Below, one piece after another: positions 1-13,159 of a DNA stretch of 64,000 nucleotides. Position 1 is the first letter of the stretch. Each line of letters starts with the position of its first letter. Location: positions 73,098,001 to 73,162,000 of the forward strand of contig OX597824.1 of assembly GCA_951406725.2 (NCBI GenBank), written 5' to 3'. The DNA is from Octopus vulgaris (Eukaryota). The position numbers and the translations under genes are program-made. Below the pieces are notes generated by a model that worked only from the letters and a program-made list of their open reading frames with translations, had not been told where the DNA came from and did not search any database.

Positions 1-1009
1 CAAGGCTCTGCACTCATTGCCGCATTGTTTGTGTTTTCAGTTGCGTCAAGGTAGCTGTGAAACAACCATTGAAGATTAACTGTCGCTCGCTTGCATCTTC
101 TAGTCACGTGTCCATCTCACAGAATTCACTCAATGCAACGTTTCATACGAAGGTGCTCTTTACCGAATGTCCGAGACGGCCGGTTCGAATTTTCAATGAA
201 TGGTGTGTGTGTGTGTGTGTGTATGTGTGTGTGTGTGTGTGTGTATGTGCGAGTGTGTTTGTTCGCGTGTGCGCGCGTAGTACGTACATGCGTGCGTGTG
301 TACGTGTGTGCGTGCGTGCTTGCAACGGCTTCTGTACAGTTTTCGCCTACAAAACTTTGCTCTCATAACATTTGAGAATCTAAAGTCATCGTGGAAGATA
401 ATTTATCCAAAGTGATCGTAAATTGCGATCGAACATGGAACATGGATCGAAGTTGCAGAGCGAATTGCGAAACCAAAAAAAGGCTATACCAGCTTGAATT
501 ATTAATATCGTTTGCTCATTCTTGACATCCAAGTGGATCGAGGTATGTGGAATAAAGTGTCGCATCGAATAACTACGAAACGTCAACGATGAGATTTGAA
601 CTGACCGACTAGCTGTCTTAATACCTTAGCCACTCGGTCATACACTATACCAATGTCATACTGACCGATTATGATACACACGCAACAAAAAATAGAAAAG
701 AAAGAAGAAAAACAGAGACTGTGTATGTATGTCCATATGCATTAGAGAGACGTAAAGCGAAAGAGAGAGAGAGAGAAGGATGGAGACAAGGAGGTGTGTG
801 TGGTGATTGATAGTTTTAAAGCTGAAACATGAGATGAAGATATTGGATATTTTCATGATGTTATGTGGAGTTTATGAAGGGTTTCACTGCGAATTTGTTA
901 AATCCAACAGGAGATCACGAACACAGATAAATAGATGATATATGATTAGCAATAATTGTTAGCAGTGAATACATACATACATACATACATACATACATAC
1001 ATACATACA

Positions 1010-1041
<32 letters not shown>

Positions 1042-1043
<2 letters not shown>

Positions 1044-1251
1044 GTTAATCCAAACATGAAAGCACAAAGAGAAAACACAACAGCGCGAGGACGTGGAACA
1101 AGTATAGTGTTATTGGACGCTCAGGAAAGGAAAGAAAGAAGGAGGATTTAACGTCTCGAGCGGATCTCTTCGTCAGAAACATAGGAAAAGGAAAGATCCA
1201 AGGAAGGGAAGACGGAGGAAAAAAATCGCCAACGATACACTCGCGGTCACA
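1042..1251 (-). mobile_element. Short Penelope-like (pLTR-type) fragment with a degenerate type I hammerhead motif
   Basis: Minus strand 1146-1180 reads gttt-CTGACGA-a-gag-atccg-ctc-GAGAC-GTT-aaat (helices I and II pair; GAAAC mutated to GAGAC). Flanked by (TACA)n/(TA)n. Confidence 0.5.
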
Positions 1252-1344
1252 TTATATATATACATACATAAATACATGCTTACATACACACACCTCTTTT
1301 GGAACACTGGATCTCGAAGCATATCACATACAGCTATAAATAAT

Positions 1345-1560
1345 CCTTCCTATTATAGACACAAGACGTGAAATTTTGGTGGAGGAGGCTAGTCGGTTGT
1401 TTCGATCCCAGTGCTCAAGTGGCACTTATTTTATCGACCCCAGAAGGGATTAAAGACAAAGTCGTCCTCGACGGAATTTGAACCCAGAGCATAAAGACAG
1501 CCGAAAGGCCGCTAAGCATTTTAACCGACGTGCTAAGGATTCTGCCAGCTTGCCGCCTTA
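1345..1560 (-). mobile_element. tRNA-derived SINE, family B (head aaggcggcgagctggcagaa), diverged
   Basis: Reverse complement matches the copies at 2169 and 17090. Confidence 0.8.
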
Positions 1561-1747
1561 AAGAATAACTTGTAATTATTGGGCTGAAAGAACCTTTCAG
1601 TCTGAAAAAGCTGAAAGCTGCCCGTCATGGGTTTGTGTCTCACAAGCGGCCTTCGACTTCATTGTAATGCGCCACGTGATCCAATGTTCCAGGAAAGAAA
1701 CATTTCACATTCTCTCGAAATTTTATAAAATTCTTATGATGTCAACA

Positions 1748-1802
<55 letters not shown>

Positions 1803-2168
1803 TATGTGTGAGTGAGTGTGTATGTGAATGTGTGTGTATAGCTGAATTATGGGTACATTAAGTACGCAAAAATATTCCTACTATATTTTGATATGCAGGG
1901 GGAAAAAAAACGAAGAAAGTTTCCTGGTGCACCTTTCCATGGTGTGTTGTCCGCTCTTCAGAGAAACATCAATCTTCCTTCTCCAATCAAGTGTAGAGAA
2001 TATTCATATACAATATTACGATACAGAGCCGTCATAAAGTAAGCTGATACTATTATTGTTAGCTTGATCTGCATTTTCGTGTCTTTGACTTACTTCGTGG
2101 CAACTCAACATCGCATATATTGAAAGAACCAACACTTATTTCTTGTTAGTTAAGAATAGCTATTCTTG

Positions 2169-2694
2169 TAAGGCGGCGAGCTGGCAGAAACGTTAGCACG
2201 CCGCGCGAAATGCTTAGCGGTATTTCGTCTGCCGCTACGTTCTGAGTTCAAATTCCGCCGAGGTCGACTTTGCCTTTCATCCTTTCGGGGGTCGATTAAA
2301 TAAGTAATACGACGGGCGAAATGCTTCGCGGCATTTCGTCTGCCGCTACGTTCTAAGTTCAAATTCTGCCGAGGTCGACTTTGCCTTTCATCCTTTTGGG
2401 GTCGATAAATTAAGTACCAGTTACGCACTGGGGTCGATATAAACGACTTAATCCCTTTGTCTGTCCTTGTTTGTCCTCTCCGTGTTTAGTCCCTTGTGGG
2501 TAGTAAAGAAATAGGTATTTCGTCTGCCGCTACCTTCTGAGTTCAAATTCCGCCGAGATCGACTTTGCCTTTTATCCATTCGGCTCGATTAAATAAGTAC
2601 CAGTTACGCACTAGGGTCGATATAATCGACTTAATCCGTTTGTTTGTCCTTGTTTGTCCCCTCTGTGTGTAGCCCCTTGTGGGCAGTAAAGAAA
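2169..2694 (+). mobile_element. SINE family B with internally triplicated core
   Basis: B-box-like gagttcaaattcc occurs three times. 18-bp target-site duplication taagaata(g/t)ctattcttg at 2151-2168 and 2695-2712. Confidence 0.9.
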
Positions 2695-2822
2695 TAAGAA
2701 TATCTATTCTTGAAAATATTCCTCTAACAACCTAAAATTATATAGACACTTCCATACGCACGCATACATCTGACTAATTGTATCCACATATGTATATAAA
2801 TATAAACATGTATATACACGCA

Positions 2823-2863
<41 letters not shown>

Positions 2864-2884
2864 ATATATAAATACATACACACG

Positions 2885-2938
<54 letters not shown>

Positions 2939-3224
2939 AGAATGGGAGAAAAGCATATGTTTCGCATATTGTTCATACTTTAATTGTATTCAAAAGTTGT
3001 TTCCTTAAGATAAACACCACCATATGTACAATTACATAATCGTGACGCGTAATTAGTACAAATTTAATTAAATTAAGAGTCAAATTAATTTATGTTTACC
3101 CATATAATCAGGAATGAGATGTTATCAGGAAACTCAGACTGGTTTAAATAAACGGAGACCGAGAGATGTTTATTCATCAATTCTCTATATGGAAGTTTGT
3201 GTGTGTGTGGGGGGGGGGGCATGA

Positions 3225-3445
3225 GTGTGTCCTTGTTTGTCCTCTCTGTGTTTAACCCCTTTTGGGTAGTAAAGAAATAGGTATTTCTTCTGTCGTTACG
3301 TTCTGAGTTCAAATTCCTCTGAGATCGACTTTGCCTTTCATCCTTTCGGGATAAATAAAGTACCAGTTTCGAACTGTGGTCGATGTAATCGGCTTAATCT
3401 CTTTGTCTGTCCTTGTTTGTCCCCTTCTATGTTTAGCCCCTTGTA
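3225..3445 (+). mobile_element. SINE family B, 3' part
   Basis: Matches the 3' half of 2169-2694. Confidence 0.8.
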
Positions 3446-3499
3446 GCACCATACCTTCTCCCCTTTCATTTTCTGTGTCTTTGTACTCTTGTATCAGTT

Positions 3500-3695
3500 T
3501 GCTCTGTTAATATATATTTCGTTTTTGGATTTGGTTTGCAAGATTCTTTATATGAGTTTGTGTGTTGAAGCATATTCTTTTGTGTCAGGGGAGAGTAATT
3601 TTCTTTTTGTGCCTTATAATGTAACACACTCACCGGTAAAATTTCCACTTATTTCTTATTTTTATTTCCCCAAAATTTTCGTTGCGTCTTATCCG
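3500..3695. repeat. Unclassified interspersed repeat; second copy inverted at about 61265-61430
   Basis: tttcgtttttggatttggtttgcaagatt...aaaattttcgttgcgtctt is the reverse complement of sequence at 61265-61430. Confidence 0.7.
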
Positions 3696-3716
3696 TTATT
3701 TACACTGCGTAAATAT

Positions 3717-4079
3717 TGGAAGCACTCCGTCGGTTACGACGACGAGGGTTCCGACGGAACAGCCTGCTCGTGAAATTAACGTGTAAGTGGCTGAGCACTC
3801 CACATACACGTGTACCCTTAATGTAGTTCTCGGGTATATTCAGCGTGACACAGAGAGTGACAAGGCCGGCCCTTTGAAATACAGGTACAACAGAAACAGG
3901 AAGTAAGAGTGAGAGAAAGTTGTGGTGAAAGAGTACAGCAGGGATCACCACCATCCCCTGCCGGAGCCTCGTGGAGCTTTTAGGTGTTTTCGGTCAATAA
4001 ACACTCACACTCTGGGAATCGAAACCGCGATCCTATGACCGCGAGTCCGCTGCCCTAACCACTGGGCCATTGCGCCTCC
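3717..4079 (-). mobile_element. tRNA-derived SINE, family C (head ggaggcgcaatggcccagtggttagggcagcg)
   Basis: A-box and B-box tRNA-like head. 15-bp TSD acactgcgtaaatat at 3702-3716 and 4080-4094. Confidence 0.9.
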
Positions 4080-4599
4080 ACACTGCGTAAATATAATATA
4101 TAAATGTTAATATATAAATATCCATATATTTGTACTTGAATTTTCATCGGTTGAAAAATTTCAGTCTCGTGCCTTTTTTATTCTTCCTATTTACACGTAT
4201 ACATGTAAATATATGTTGTATATCAAACCCAAGCAGGTTTGTTTATTTACGTATTTGTATCATTTTCTCTCACCATCTCACCTCCCCCTCCCACTCTCTC
4301 TCTCTCTCTCCACACACACACACACACACACACATACATACACAGACATTAATATTAATGACGAGAAATACTTCACGGATGGAGATTTTATGTCTTTATT
4401 AACGCGTTTCTGCATTTGTTTGGGCATGACATGGATTTTTATGAGACCACCTCACCATATCCATAGGATATATACATATAACCATAGAATATATATACAT
4501 AACCATAGGATATGGTGCTCCAGCATGGCCACAGTCAAATGACTGAAACTGAAACAAGTAAAAGAATAAAAGAATATATATATATATATATATATATAT

Positions 4600-4736
4600 A
4601 GGTGTAGGAGTGGCTGTGTGGTAAGTAGCTTGCTTACCAACCACATGGTTCCGGGTTCAGTCCCACTGCGTGGCACTTCAGACCAAAGCCTTGTGAGTGG
4701 ATTTGGTAGACGGAAACTCAAAGAAGTCCGTCGTAG

Positions 4737-4821
<85 letters not shown>

Positions 4822-5090
4822 TGTATGTATGTATGTATGTATGTATGTATGTATGTATGTATGTATGTATGTATGTATGTGCGTATGTACGTATGTGTGT
4901 CTGTGTTTGTCCCCCCAACAACGCTTGACAACCGATGCTGGTGTGTTTACGTCCCCATAACTTAGCGGTTCATCAAAAGAGACCGATAGAATAAGTACAA
5001 AGAATAAGTCCTGGGGTCGATTTGCTCGACTTAAGGCGGTGCTCCAGCATGACCACAGTCACATGACTGAAACAAGTAAAAGAGTAAAAG
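4600..5090 (+). mobile_element. SINE family A (head gcaggagtggctgtgtggtaag, internal microsatellite, (gtaaaaga)n tail)
   Basis: Near-identical to copies at 6345, 13437, 17985, 30047, 35733 and 57488. Confidence 0.9.
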
Positions 5091-5110
5091 GGTATATATA
5101 TATATGTGTG

Positions 5111-5195
<85 letters not shown>

Positions 5196-5389
5196 TCACT
5201 CTTACTTTCCCATAGAATCTACTGAAATACATCACAATCTTTAGCATTTACCGCTTACCACATATGTATAGATTCAACATTAATTCTCTGCTTTATATAT
5301 TTTATATCCCAAATTGTGGAACGCTTTAATGTAGAGAATCTTCCTTATGGGAGACTTTGTTCGTGGCTTCGACAATGTAACTCTATTTA

Positions 5390-6175
5390 CAATACCACCT
5401 GTTATTCTTTACGTCGTCTACAAACAATATTTACACGAGTTTATTTCTTGCAGCTTTCTCTCATGCGGTCCTACTGATGACGTGAATACCTATGCATATT
5501 TTTATGTGTTAATTTCGCAGCAACATATCACTTTCAGCGTAAAAATGGTATATATGCATTCTGATTTAATAGGAATGTCATATTTGATTTTTTCAGTCTA
5601 TTCCTTATGCACTACGGATAAATAGACATTGTGGCTACCTGTGTAATCAAGCCAGCTATTGTATGTATATGGGGCTGATTGAATGCGGTGATTGTAACAC
5701 CTGTTATTCCAGCGTTTTCCTCTCCCGGTATGGTAGATGATATTCTCATAAAGACTTCTTCTGTAGAAGCAATTTTCATATATAATATCTTCAACAAAGT
5801 TGACAAAAACATTCGACTTTGTAATGAAACATTCCAACAGCACCAGATTCCGATCCCTTTCTCTTCACGAGTTTCGACTCAGAATTGCAGAGGAAGGTGT
5901 AGCCATTACTAACAATTTCAAAAAGAATTTTGTTTGTCGAAGCCTATTTTTTGCACTACAGATCAGTTCTAAATACCAGAAACAAAACTGCCTACGAATG
6001 AAATTAAAAAGTATGTATACACAAGCGATGCAGCGAAACGGGTGATAGGACGACGAACACCAAGAAGTCCCAAAGGGTGATAATGAACAGCGGCTAACCA
6101 GCATCCTTTGGCTTGATTATACAACACCAATAATGGTCTACATCTCCAACAGTATTTGCTTTTTAAAAATTACCG
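5390..6175 (+). pseudogene. Highly degenerate piggyBac-like transposase relic (C-terminal half)
   Basis: Colinear motif remnants across frameshifts: STNNIYTSLFLA (cf. DNFYTS), VIKPAIV..YMG (cf. KPxxxxxYNxxMGGVD), SLSLHEFRLRIAEE (cf. LxFRxxIA). Confidence 0.55.
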
Positions 6176-6344
6176 ATAGGAAAAGTTGCAGACTTTAAGA
6201 ATAAGAACAAGGATCGATATGTTTGACTAAGCCCTTCGAGAATAGCAGCAAGTCAGATGACCAAAACAAGGAGAAGATAGAAGATGAAAAGAGAAAATGC
6301 TTTGATGACTATTGTTCTTACACCTTTTTTCTATCCATACACTT

Positions 6345-6822
6345 TTACTCTTTTACTTCTTTCAGTCATTTGACTGTGGCCATGCTGGAGCACCGCCTTT
6401 AATAGAGCAAATCGACCCCAGGGCTTATTCTTTGTAAGCCTAGTACTTATTCTATTGGTCTCTTTTGCTGAACCGCTAAGTTACGGGGACGTAAACACAC
6501 CAGCATCGGTTGTCAAGCGATGTTGGGGGGAGAAACACAGACACACAAACATATACACACACATGTATATATATTCATGTATATATACATGTATATATGT
6601 ATATATACACATGTATATATATTCATGTATATATACACATGTATATATATTCATATATACGACGGGCTTCTTTCAGTTTCCGTCTACCAAATCCGTTCAC
6701 AAGGCTTTGGTCGGCCTGAAGCTATAGTAGAAGACACTTGCCCAAGGTGCCACGCAGTGGGACTGAACCCGGAACCATGTGGTTGGTAAGCAAGCTACTT
6801 ACCACACAGCCACTCCTAAGCC
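6345..6822 (-). mobile_element. SINE family A, full length
   Basis: Reverse complement of the family A pattern. Confidence 0.9.
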
Positions 6823-7944
6823 TACATTTTTATTATATCATTCCCAATCATGATTGTGTGGATGAAATCCTATGGCACTAAGAAACAAACTGTTTTAGTA
6901 TATCACTTATTCTTTGTTTGACTCTTTCATCGTTCCTCTATCATTTGGTTTCCTTCCTCTTACTCTTTTCTCTCTCTCTCTCTTTCTCTTTTTCTATTCA
7001 TTTCTTTAGGCTTTGCATTTACCTACCCAGTTATATGTATGAGTAGGCATGCATAAAATAAAACATACAGATCTTCACATGTACTGACGCCAAACACTTG
7101 CACGTATACACACGTACGTGTACAACTAACCTGTCGATGTTGACGAGAAATCTAGAAATAAAGCTAAATAATAACATACACACACACACATACATGCATA
7201 CAGACAGACAGAGAGACATACATATGTATGTATATGCATGAGTGTAAACGTACATGCATACACGTATGCATGTATCTATGTATGTATATGCGTGCGTATG
7301 AGTATGTGTCCTTATGTATTTTCTTTACTTCGAATATGAGTCGGCCGTTGATTCTGCTCGATGTTTCCTTGTTATCCCATTCTATTCGATCAATAAACGA
7401 TAAAGGTCAAACACGAGGCTAATTCTGTTGTAGTCGTAAGGTCTCGGCTGTTCTCTTCTATCCGTTGCCTAGTTGCTAAAGACAGAGTTTTTTTTTTTTA
7501 ATTAATATGGCTTCCAAAATCTTTCGGTGATTTCATACGACGTTTGTATGTTACTTTCTATCGATTTGTAACGTAGAGTTTGTTTTGGTATTTTAGCCTT
7601 AACCATATGTATTTGTAGCGAATATCCTGTTACCTACTTTCTCGTGTTCGATATTTAAGATTTGTAGCTGTTGTTATTGTAATTTTTCTGACACCAGGTC
7701 GTCCCTTAGTGACGAATCCTATAATCAAATGAATTGCCACTTGGTAGATAAGTGAAATTTTCAGGCATAGTTCATCTAGCTATACGTTATCCATTGTTAT
7801 AATGTATAACAGAATATATCAATACATTTTTCGCCATCACTGTATGTATTATTACACGGATATTAATTTGCCTTGTCTTAATATATATATTTTTTCGTAT
7901 ACAGTGAAAGAAAACTTTTTCGATTTGATACACTAGATTCGAGG

Positions 7945-8260
7945 TGTTATTGTGTTGTAAGAAGTTTGCTTGCCAACCACATGGTTCCGGGTTCAGTCCC
8001 ACTGGGTGACACCTTGGACATGTATCTTCTACTCTAGCCTTGGATCCAGCAAAGCCTTGTGAGTGGAAACTGGAAGAAGCCCGTCGTATTTATGCGTGTT
8101 TGTGGGGGATATGTCTTTGTGTCTGTGTTTGTCCACCAACACCACCACCGCTTGACAACGGATGTTGGTGTATTTACGTCCCCGTTACTTAACGGTTCGG
8201 CAAAAGGGACCGACAGAATGAATACCAGGATTGAAAACTGTTTTGTCGACGCCCTCAGAC
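7945..8260 (+). mobile_element. SINE family A, diverged
   Basis: Contains ccaaccacatggttccgggttcagtcccact...cttgacaacggatgttggtg. Confidence 0.75.
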
Positions 8261-9144
8261 GATGAAAGTAGGCTAGCCCAATACGTAGATATAGAGGGAG
8301 AAGTCTAGACGTTGAGGAGTGGAAAAGAGGTCATCCGAATGTGCGATATAACAGAGGCGACGAGGATTTCGTAGCTTACACAGCCACAGTGTAGTATTGT
8401 GATATAACAAAAACAGTACCAGGATTAAAAACAGACTGCAAACGAATTTGTGTTGGCGCCGAAAGGAACCAGGTTTCAACGTAGCACTCTTCCATTAATG
8501 ACCATAGATGAGTATACTTATTGTCATTTAATAAACCAAAAGAAATGGCGAGGGGGGAAAATGTCTCCAAAAACAAATAACGAGTGAATGTGGTAATTCC
8601 AACTTCCAGCGTATTAAAAGTGGATTCATTTGATTGGTTAAAATTACATAACTTTTCAGTCTTTGAAATTTTCGTAACTTTGTTTTTAAGTATTCAAAAA
8701 TATAAAAAAAAAGTGTCTTTTTTTTTTGGCAAATTCCATGAAAAACTGTGTCTGCGGAGAAAATTTTCAAAGAAATGGAATTTGGTGTCTCTTTCATGTA
8801 CACACTTCATCTCCAGATCATTTTTTTTTGACACAAAACACTGCAATAAAACACTGTTAATAAGTATGCATTAGCAATTTTATTAACCATATACCATATA
8901 ACTGTTAAAAATACGTTATAAATGTAATTTGGGATTTCAAATTTACTTATGCCTTTAGTTATATTAAGTCTATAAGTAGTGTCTCTGTAGATAGCTAAAG
9001 AGGATGCTTGTTTGCTGATAAAAGCTAATGCAGAATAAACACTTGTCTAGCTTCCCTTCTGTTTTTTTTTTCTGTCCACAATGATATTATTGTATATAAA
9101 GACGTTTATCATTGTCTATAAAAACAATGTTGGTCAAAAATCTA

Positions 9145-9590
9145 TAGGCACGTGGCTGTGTGATAAATTTACTTTCCAACCACATGGTTTCGGGTTCAGA
9201 CCCACTACGTGGTATCTTGGCCAAGTGACTTCTACTATAGCCTCGGATTTCAGAGTGGATTTGGTTCACGGAAACCGAAAGAAGTCCGTCGTACATATAT
9301 ATATATATTCTTTTACTTGTTTCAGTCATTTGACTGCGGCCACACTGGTGCACCGCCTTTAGTCGAGCAAATCGACCCCAGGACTTATTCTTTGTAAGCC
9401 TAGTACATATTCTATCGGTCTCGTAGGTCGAACTGTTAAGTTAAGGGGACGTAAACACACCAACATCGGTTGTCAAGCGATGTTGAGGGGACAAACACAG
9501 ACACACAACCATATATATTTATACGACGGGCTTCTTTCAGTTTCTGTCTACCAAATCCATTCACAAAGAAGACACTTGCCCAAGCGTGCC
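9145..9590. mobile_element. Two SINE family A fragments in opposite orientation (+ head 9145-9300, - tail and body 9308-9590)
   Basis: Each part matches family A; joined at a (TA)n tract. Confidence 0.8.
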
Positions 9591-10270
9591 TGGAAGAAAA
9601 CAAAGCATATTTGTTTTATTTTATCTTCATGTTTTGATAATGTTATTTTTAATCTAATAAAGACTTTTATATTGACGAAATGTTTTTGTTGCTGATTATT
9701 GTAAGATAAAATCATAACAATAAAAATACATCTCATAGTTGTAAAATAAAGCATTTTGAAAAGTTATAACAGAATGGTGACATTTAGTAGAGATGACCCA
9801 TAAGTTGTTCCTCTTGAATAGTAGTAGCTCTCTTCAACTAAATACACGTCGTTGATTGGCTAAAATTACCCAAATACAACTTTAACGCGAAATAACTTCT
9901 AAAATACGAAATTTTGTCAAAAATGTTCAAGGCAAACCGTGTTCTGCGTGAGATATTCCACTAGTATACGAAGTTTCAAACTGTTTGGTTAAAAAAAATT
10001 AATTAAAAAATCTGTACGCCAAATTGAACAGATCCTGTACGTCTTTGTCGGAGATGGAAAACAGAGATTTGAGGGGGATTTAGCTGTTGTTTCTGAAAAG
10101 AGGAGCCGCCATTTTGGTATCCCTTTCCTTGATGTTTATCCGACTTGCTGCTGTTTGTTACAATGTTGTGGACCGCGTAATTGATCCAGCCTCTTCTCAT
10201 ACGTATAGTATTTATAGACGTGTCTATACAGAGAACAGAGATGTGTATATGTGCGTGCGTGCGCGCGCGC

Positions 10271-10301
<31 letters not shown>

Positions 10302-10560
10302 TGTGTTTGTGTGTGTGTGTGAAGCACCTTGACTGTGGACAACGCTAGCTTATCTGATTTAATACTTGCGTGACTTAAAGGATTTATCACGCTACGGCTA
10401 TTAATACGATCTGGCCTGGATTGATACGCAAGGGTTAATATAGTTATAGAGCTGCGTCACTCAAATCACAGTGATTAGTCAGTCTGGCTTGACTGTAATA
10501 CAAACTGTTAGACAGGATATCATATAATACAATATTTGATATAATACGTGTGCGCATCTG

Positions 10561-10592
<32 letters not shown>

Positions 10593-10635
10593 TGTATGTA
10601 TGTATGTATGTATGTATGTATGTATGCATGTATGC

Positions 10636-10668
<33 letters not shown>

Positions 10669-10773
10669 TGTATGAATGTATGTATGTATATATGTATTGA
10701 GCTTACATGTGCATATATACAAGTATATGTATATATGTGTGTGTGTGTGTGCGTGTGTCTGTGTAAATATATG

Positions 10774-10838
<65 letters not shown>

Positions 10839-10859
10839 ACAACAACTGCAATAATAATC

Positions 10860-11072
10860 TTTTCTACTAAAGGCTTAAGGCCTGATATTTGTGGGGAGGG
10901 GATGAGTCGATTACATGGACCCCAGTGTTCAACTGGTACTCAATTTATCAACTCCGAAAGAATGGAAGGCAAAGTCGGCCTCGGCGAAATTTGAACTCAG
11001 AACATAGCGACGGGCGAAATACCGCTAAGCATTTCGATCCGTGCGCTAACGGTACTTCAACTCACCGCCTTA
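10860..11072 (-). mobile_element. SINE family B
   Basis: Reverse complement of the family B head and core. Confidence 0.8.
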
Positions 11073-11163
<91 letters not shown>

Positions 11164-11317
11164 TAATAATAATAATAATAACAATAATAACTCAGGAGGA
11201 GTTACCTCAATCCTTTATATATTAACCAAAATGAAGTAGATTGACAAATTTATTTTTGAACCAGTTGAAGACATATCGTTCACTAGATAACAATGGTACT
11301 CTTCTTTTAATTTTGAC

Positions 11318-11380
<63 letters not shown>

Positions 11381-11442
11381 TAACAATAACAATAACAATC
11401 ATAATAATAATAATAATAATAATTATAATAATAATAATAATA
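11073..11442. repeat. (TAA)n microsatellite tracts
   Basis: Seen directly; one unique segment of about 130 bp interrupts it. Confidence 0.95.
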
Positions 11443-12289
11443 CAGTCAACTCTCGCTACTATGCCACTTCGCTACTATGCCAGTTTTGCGCGGTCCCGGC
11501 CAAATAATAAACAAAAAATTTGTACTATGCCACCATCAACTCTCGCTACTATGACACTTGTAAACTGAAGCGCACGCAACTTTTCGAAATTTTGAACTCC
11601 TACATTTTGTACATTTCGTATTTGTAATCTTGTGGAAAAGTTCAGAAAGTAGCACACAATGTCAGCTCAGAAACGCAAGCGGACTGAGTTTACGCTGAAG
11701 GAAAAGAAGGAGATTATCGATGCTGCGAAAAACGTTATTGTCGGGCCCCTCGTATCATTAGTAATATCTGATACAAGTTACCGCCCCTTGTATTGTCCGA
11801 CATGTTTCACTCTAGAAGAAATAGCAAAGGAGGTAATGCATAACGAAGAGCCGGTGGAAAGTGAAGACGACGAGGTAATTGTGGAAGAGGAATACGTTTC
11901 GTTTGCAGATGCCCAGAGAGCATGAAGCACTATCCGAAAGTTTATGCAGCAGCAGAGCAGCGGAAAACCCAGCGTCATGCAGGCGTGTGATAGGCTAGAC
12001 AACGAAATGAATGAAATCCACCGAAAGAAGATGCGTCAGCCGACAATTTTTGAGAGCTTCAGGATTAACTAAAAGCAATCTGAACTTAATAAACTTGGAT
12101 GTCTTCTTTTTACCATTGCATTGAACTTCTTATTGGCCTTACTTCCTACCCTATGAATTTTTATTCGTATGTTCAGTAAATTTTTGGTTATGTAGTGTTT
12201 AGATAACAGACCCTCGGTACTATGCCACTCTCGGTACTATGCCACTTTGGCTCAGTCCCGCAGGGTGGCATAGTAGCGAGAGTTGACTG
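11443..12289 (+). mobile_element. Internally deleted pogo/Tigger-like DNA transposon (847 bp)
   Basis: Perfect 25-bp TIRs cagtcaactctcgctactatgccac, TA on both flanks, subterminal tactatgcca repeats. Confidence 0.9.
11659..12072 (+). pseudogene. Truncated Tigger/CENP-B-like transposase: N-terminal HTH start fused to the acidic C-terminal tail
   Basis: MSAQKRKRTEFTLKEKKEIIDAA (pogo/Tigger N-terminus), then EEPVESEDDE...VSFADAQRA*STIRKFM...KKMRQPTIFESF (Tigger-type C-terminus). No DDD domain; one in-frame stop. Confidence 0.75.
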
Positions 12290-12309
12290 TAATAATAATA
12301 ATAATAATG

Positions 12310-12522
12310 CTTTCAAATTTTGGCACAAGGCCAGCAAGTTCAGGGTATGGGGTAAGTCGACTACATTGAGTTCAGTGCTCAACTGGTACTTTTTTTACTG
12401 ACCCCGAAAGAGTGAAAGATAAACTCAACCTCGGCGAAATTAGAACTATGAACTCAAAGGCGGACGAAATGTTGCTAAGCATTTTCTCTGGTGTGCTAAT
12501 GATGCTGCCAGCCCGTTACCTT
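12310..12522 (-). mobile_element. SINE family B, diverged
   Basis: Reverse complement similarity to family B. Confidence 0.7.
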
Positions 12523-12593
12523 CATAATAATAATGATAATAATAATAATGTTAATAATTACCACAATAATAATGTTAATAACAGATATATGTA

Positions 12594-13155
12594 TTAGGTT
12601 GTCCAGAAAGTTTGTGCCGATTTTTAAAGGAAAGAAAAAGATCAATAAATACTTGCCATTACATTTTTAATCAACCAAATGTGAACCATTTTGTTGCACA
12701 ATGCGTCTCCATCTTTCCTTTAACTTGAAAATACCCGCTTCCCAGAATTGAGGTGGTTTCATGGCAAAGAATTAATCAAGGTATCTTTTTACGTCATCCA
12801 AGAAATTGAAATTTTTACCATTAAAACTATTCTGCAGAGACCTGAATAAGTGGAAATCCAAAGGAGCAATATCTGGTGAATATGGAGGGTGGGGTAACAC
12901 ATCCCAGCCAAGCTGCAGCAATTTTTGTCTGGTTTCCAAAGCATCAAGTGCCGAAAATGAATTTTTTTATCTTCCATTTTAAAAGGTTACAAAATTAATA
13001 CAGGTTACAATAGGCACATAAATCTTCTTCCACGAAAAGATAGCTTAAACTAAATGGGGGTGTAGTCAAATCTTATTTTATGGACTCAACCTTGTCCTAA
13101 AATAAGTCGAAAGGTAAGCTACTATAAATCGACACGAACTTTCCAGACAACCCAA
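12594..13155 (-). mobile_element. Internally deleted mariner element
   Basis: Imperfect TIRs of about 30 bp (ttaggttgtccagaaagtttgtgccgattt / aaatcgacacgaactttccagacaacccaa) with TA flanks. Minus strand encodes MEDKKIHFRHLML joined out of frame to LGWDVLPHPPYSPDIAPLDFHLFRSLQN (mariner YSPDLAP motif). Confidence 0.9.
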
Positions 13156-13159
13156 TAAT

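Noticed and set aside
2169-2694. Repeated units of about 100 bp superficially like a CRISPR array
   Set aside because: Internal SINE duplications in eukaryotic DNA; no unique spacers and no cas genes.
5597-5740. Apparent terminal exon after a good acceptor (ttttttcag) encoding a 6-Cys peptide ending GR* (SIPYALRINRHCGYLCNQASYCMYMGLIECGDCNTCYSSVFLSRYGR), resembling an amidated toxin or neuropeptide
   Set aside because: It lies within colinear piggyBac transposase remnants and overlaps the KP..YMG motif, with no upstream signal-peptide exon, so it is most likely chance. Spliced RNA-seq reads would reopen the question.
8273-8500. Possible L1-like RT remnant on the minus strand (AHSDDLF)
   Set aside because: Too short and degenerate to call without a profile search.
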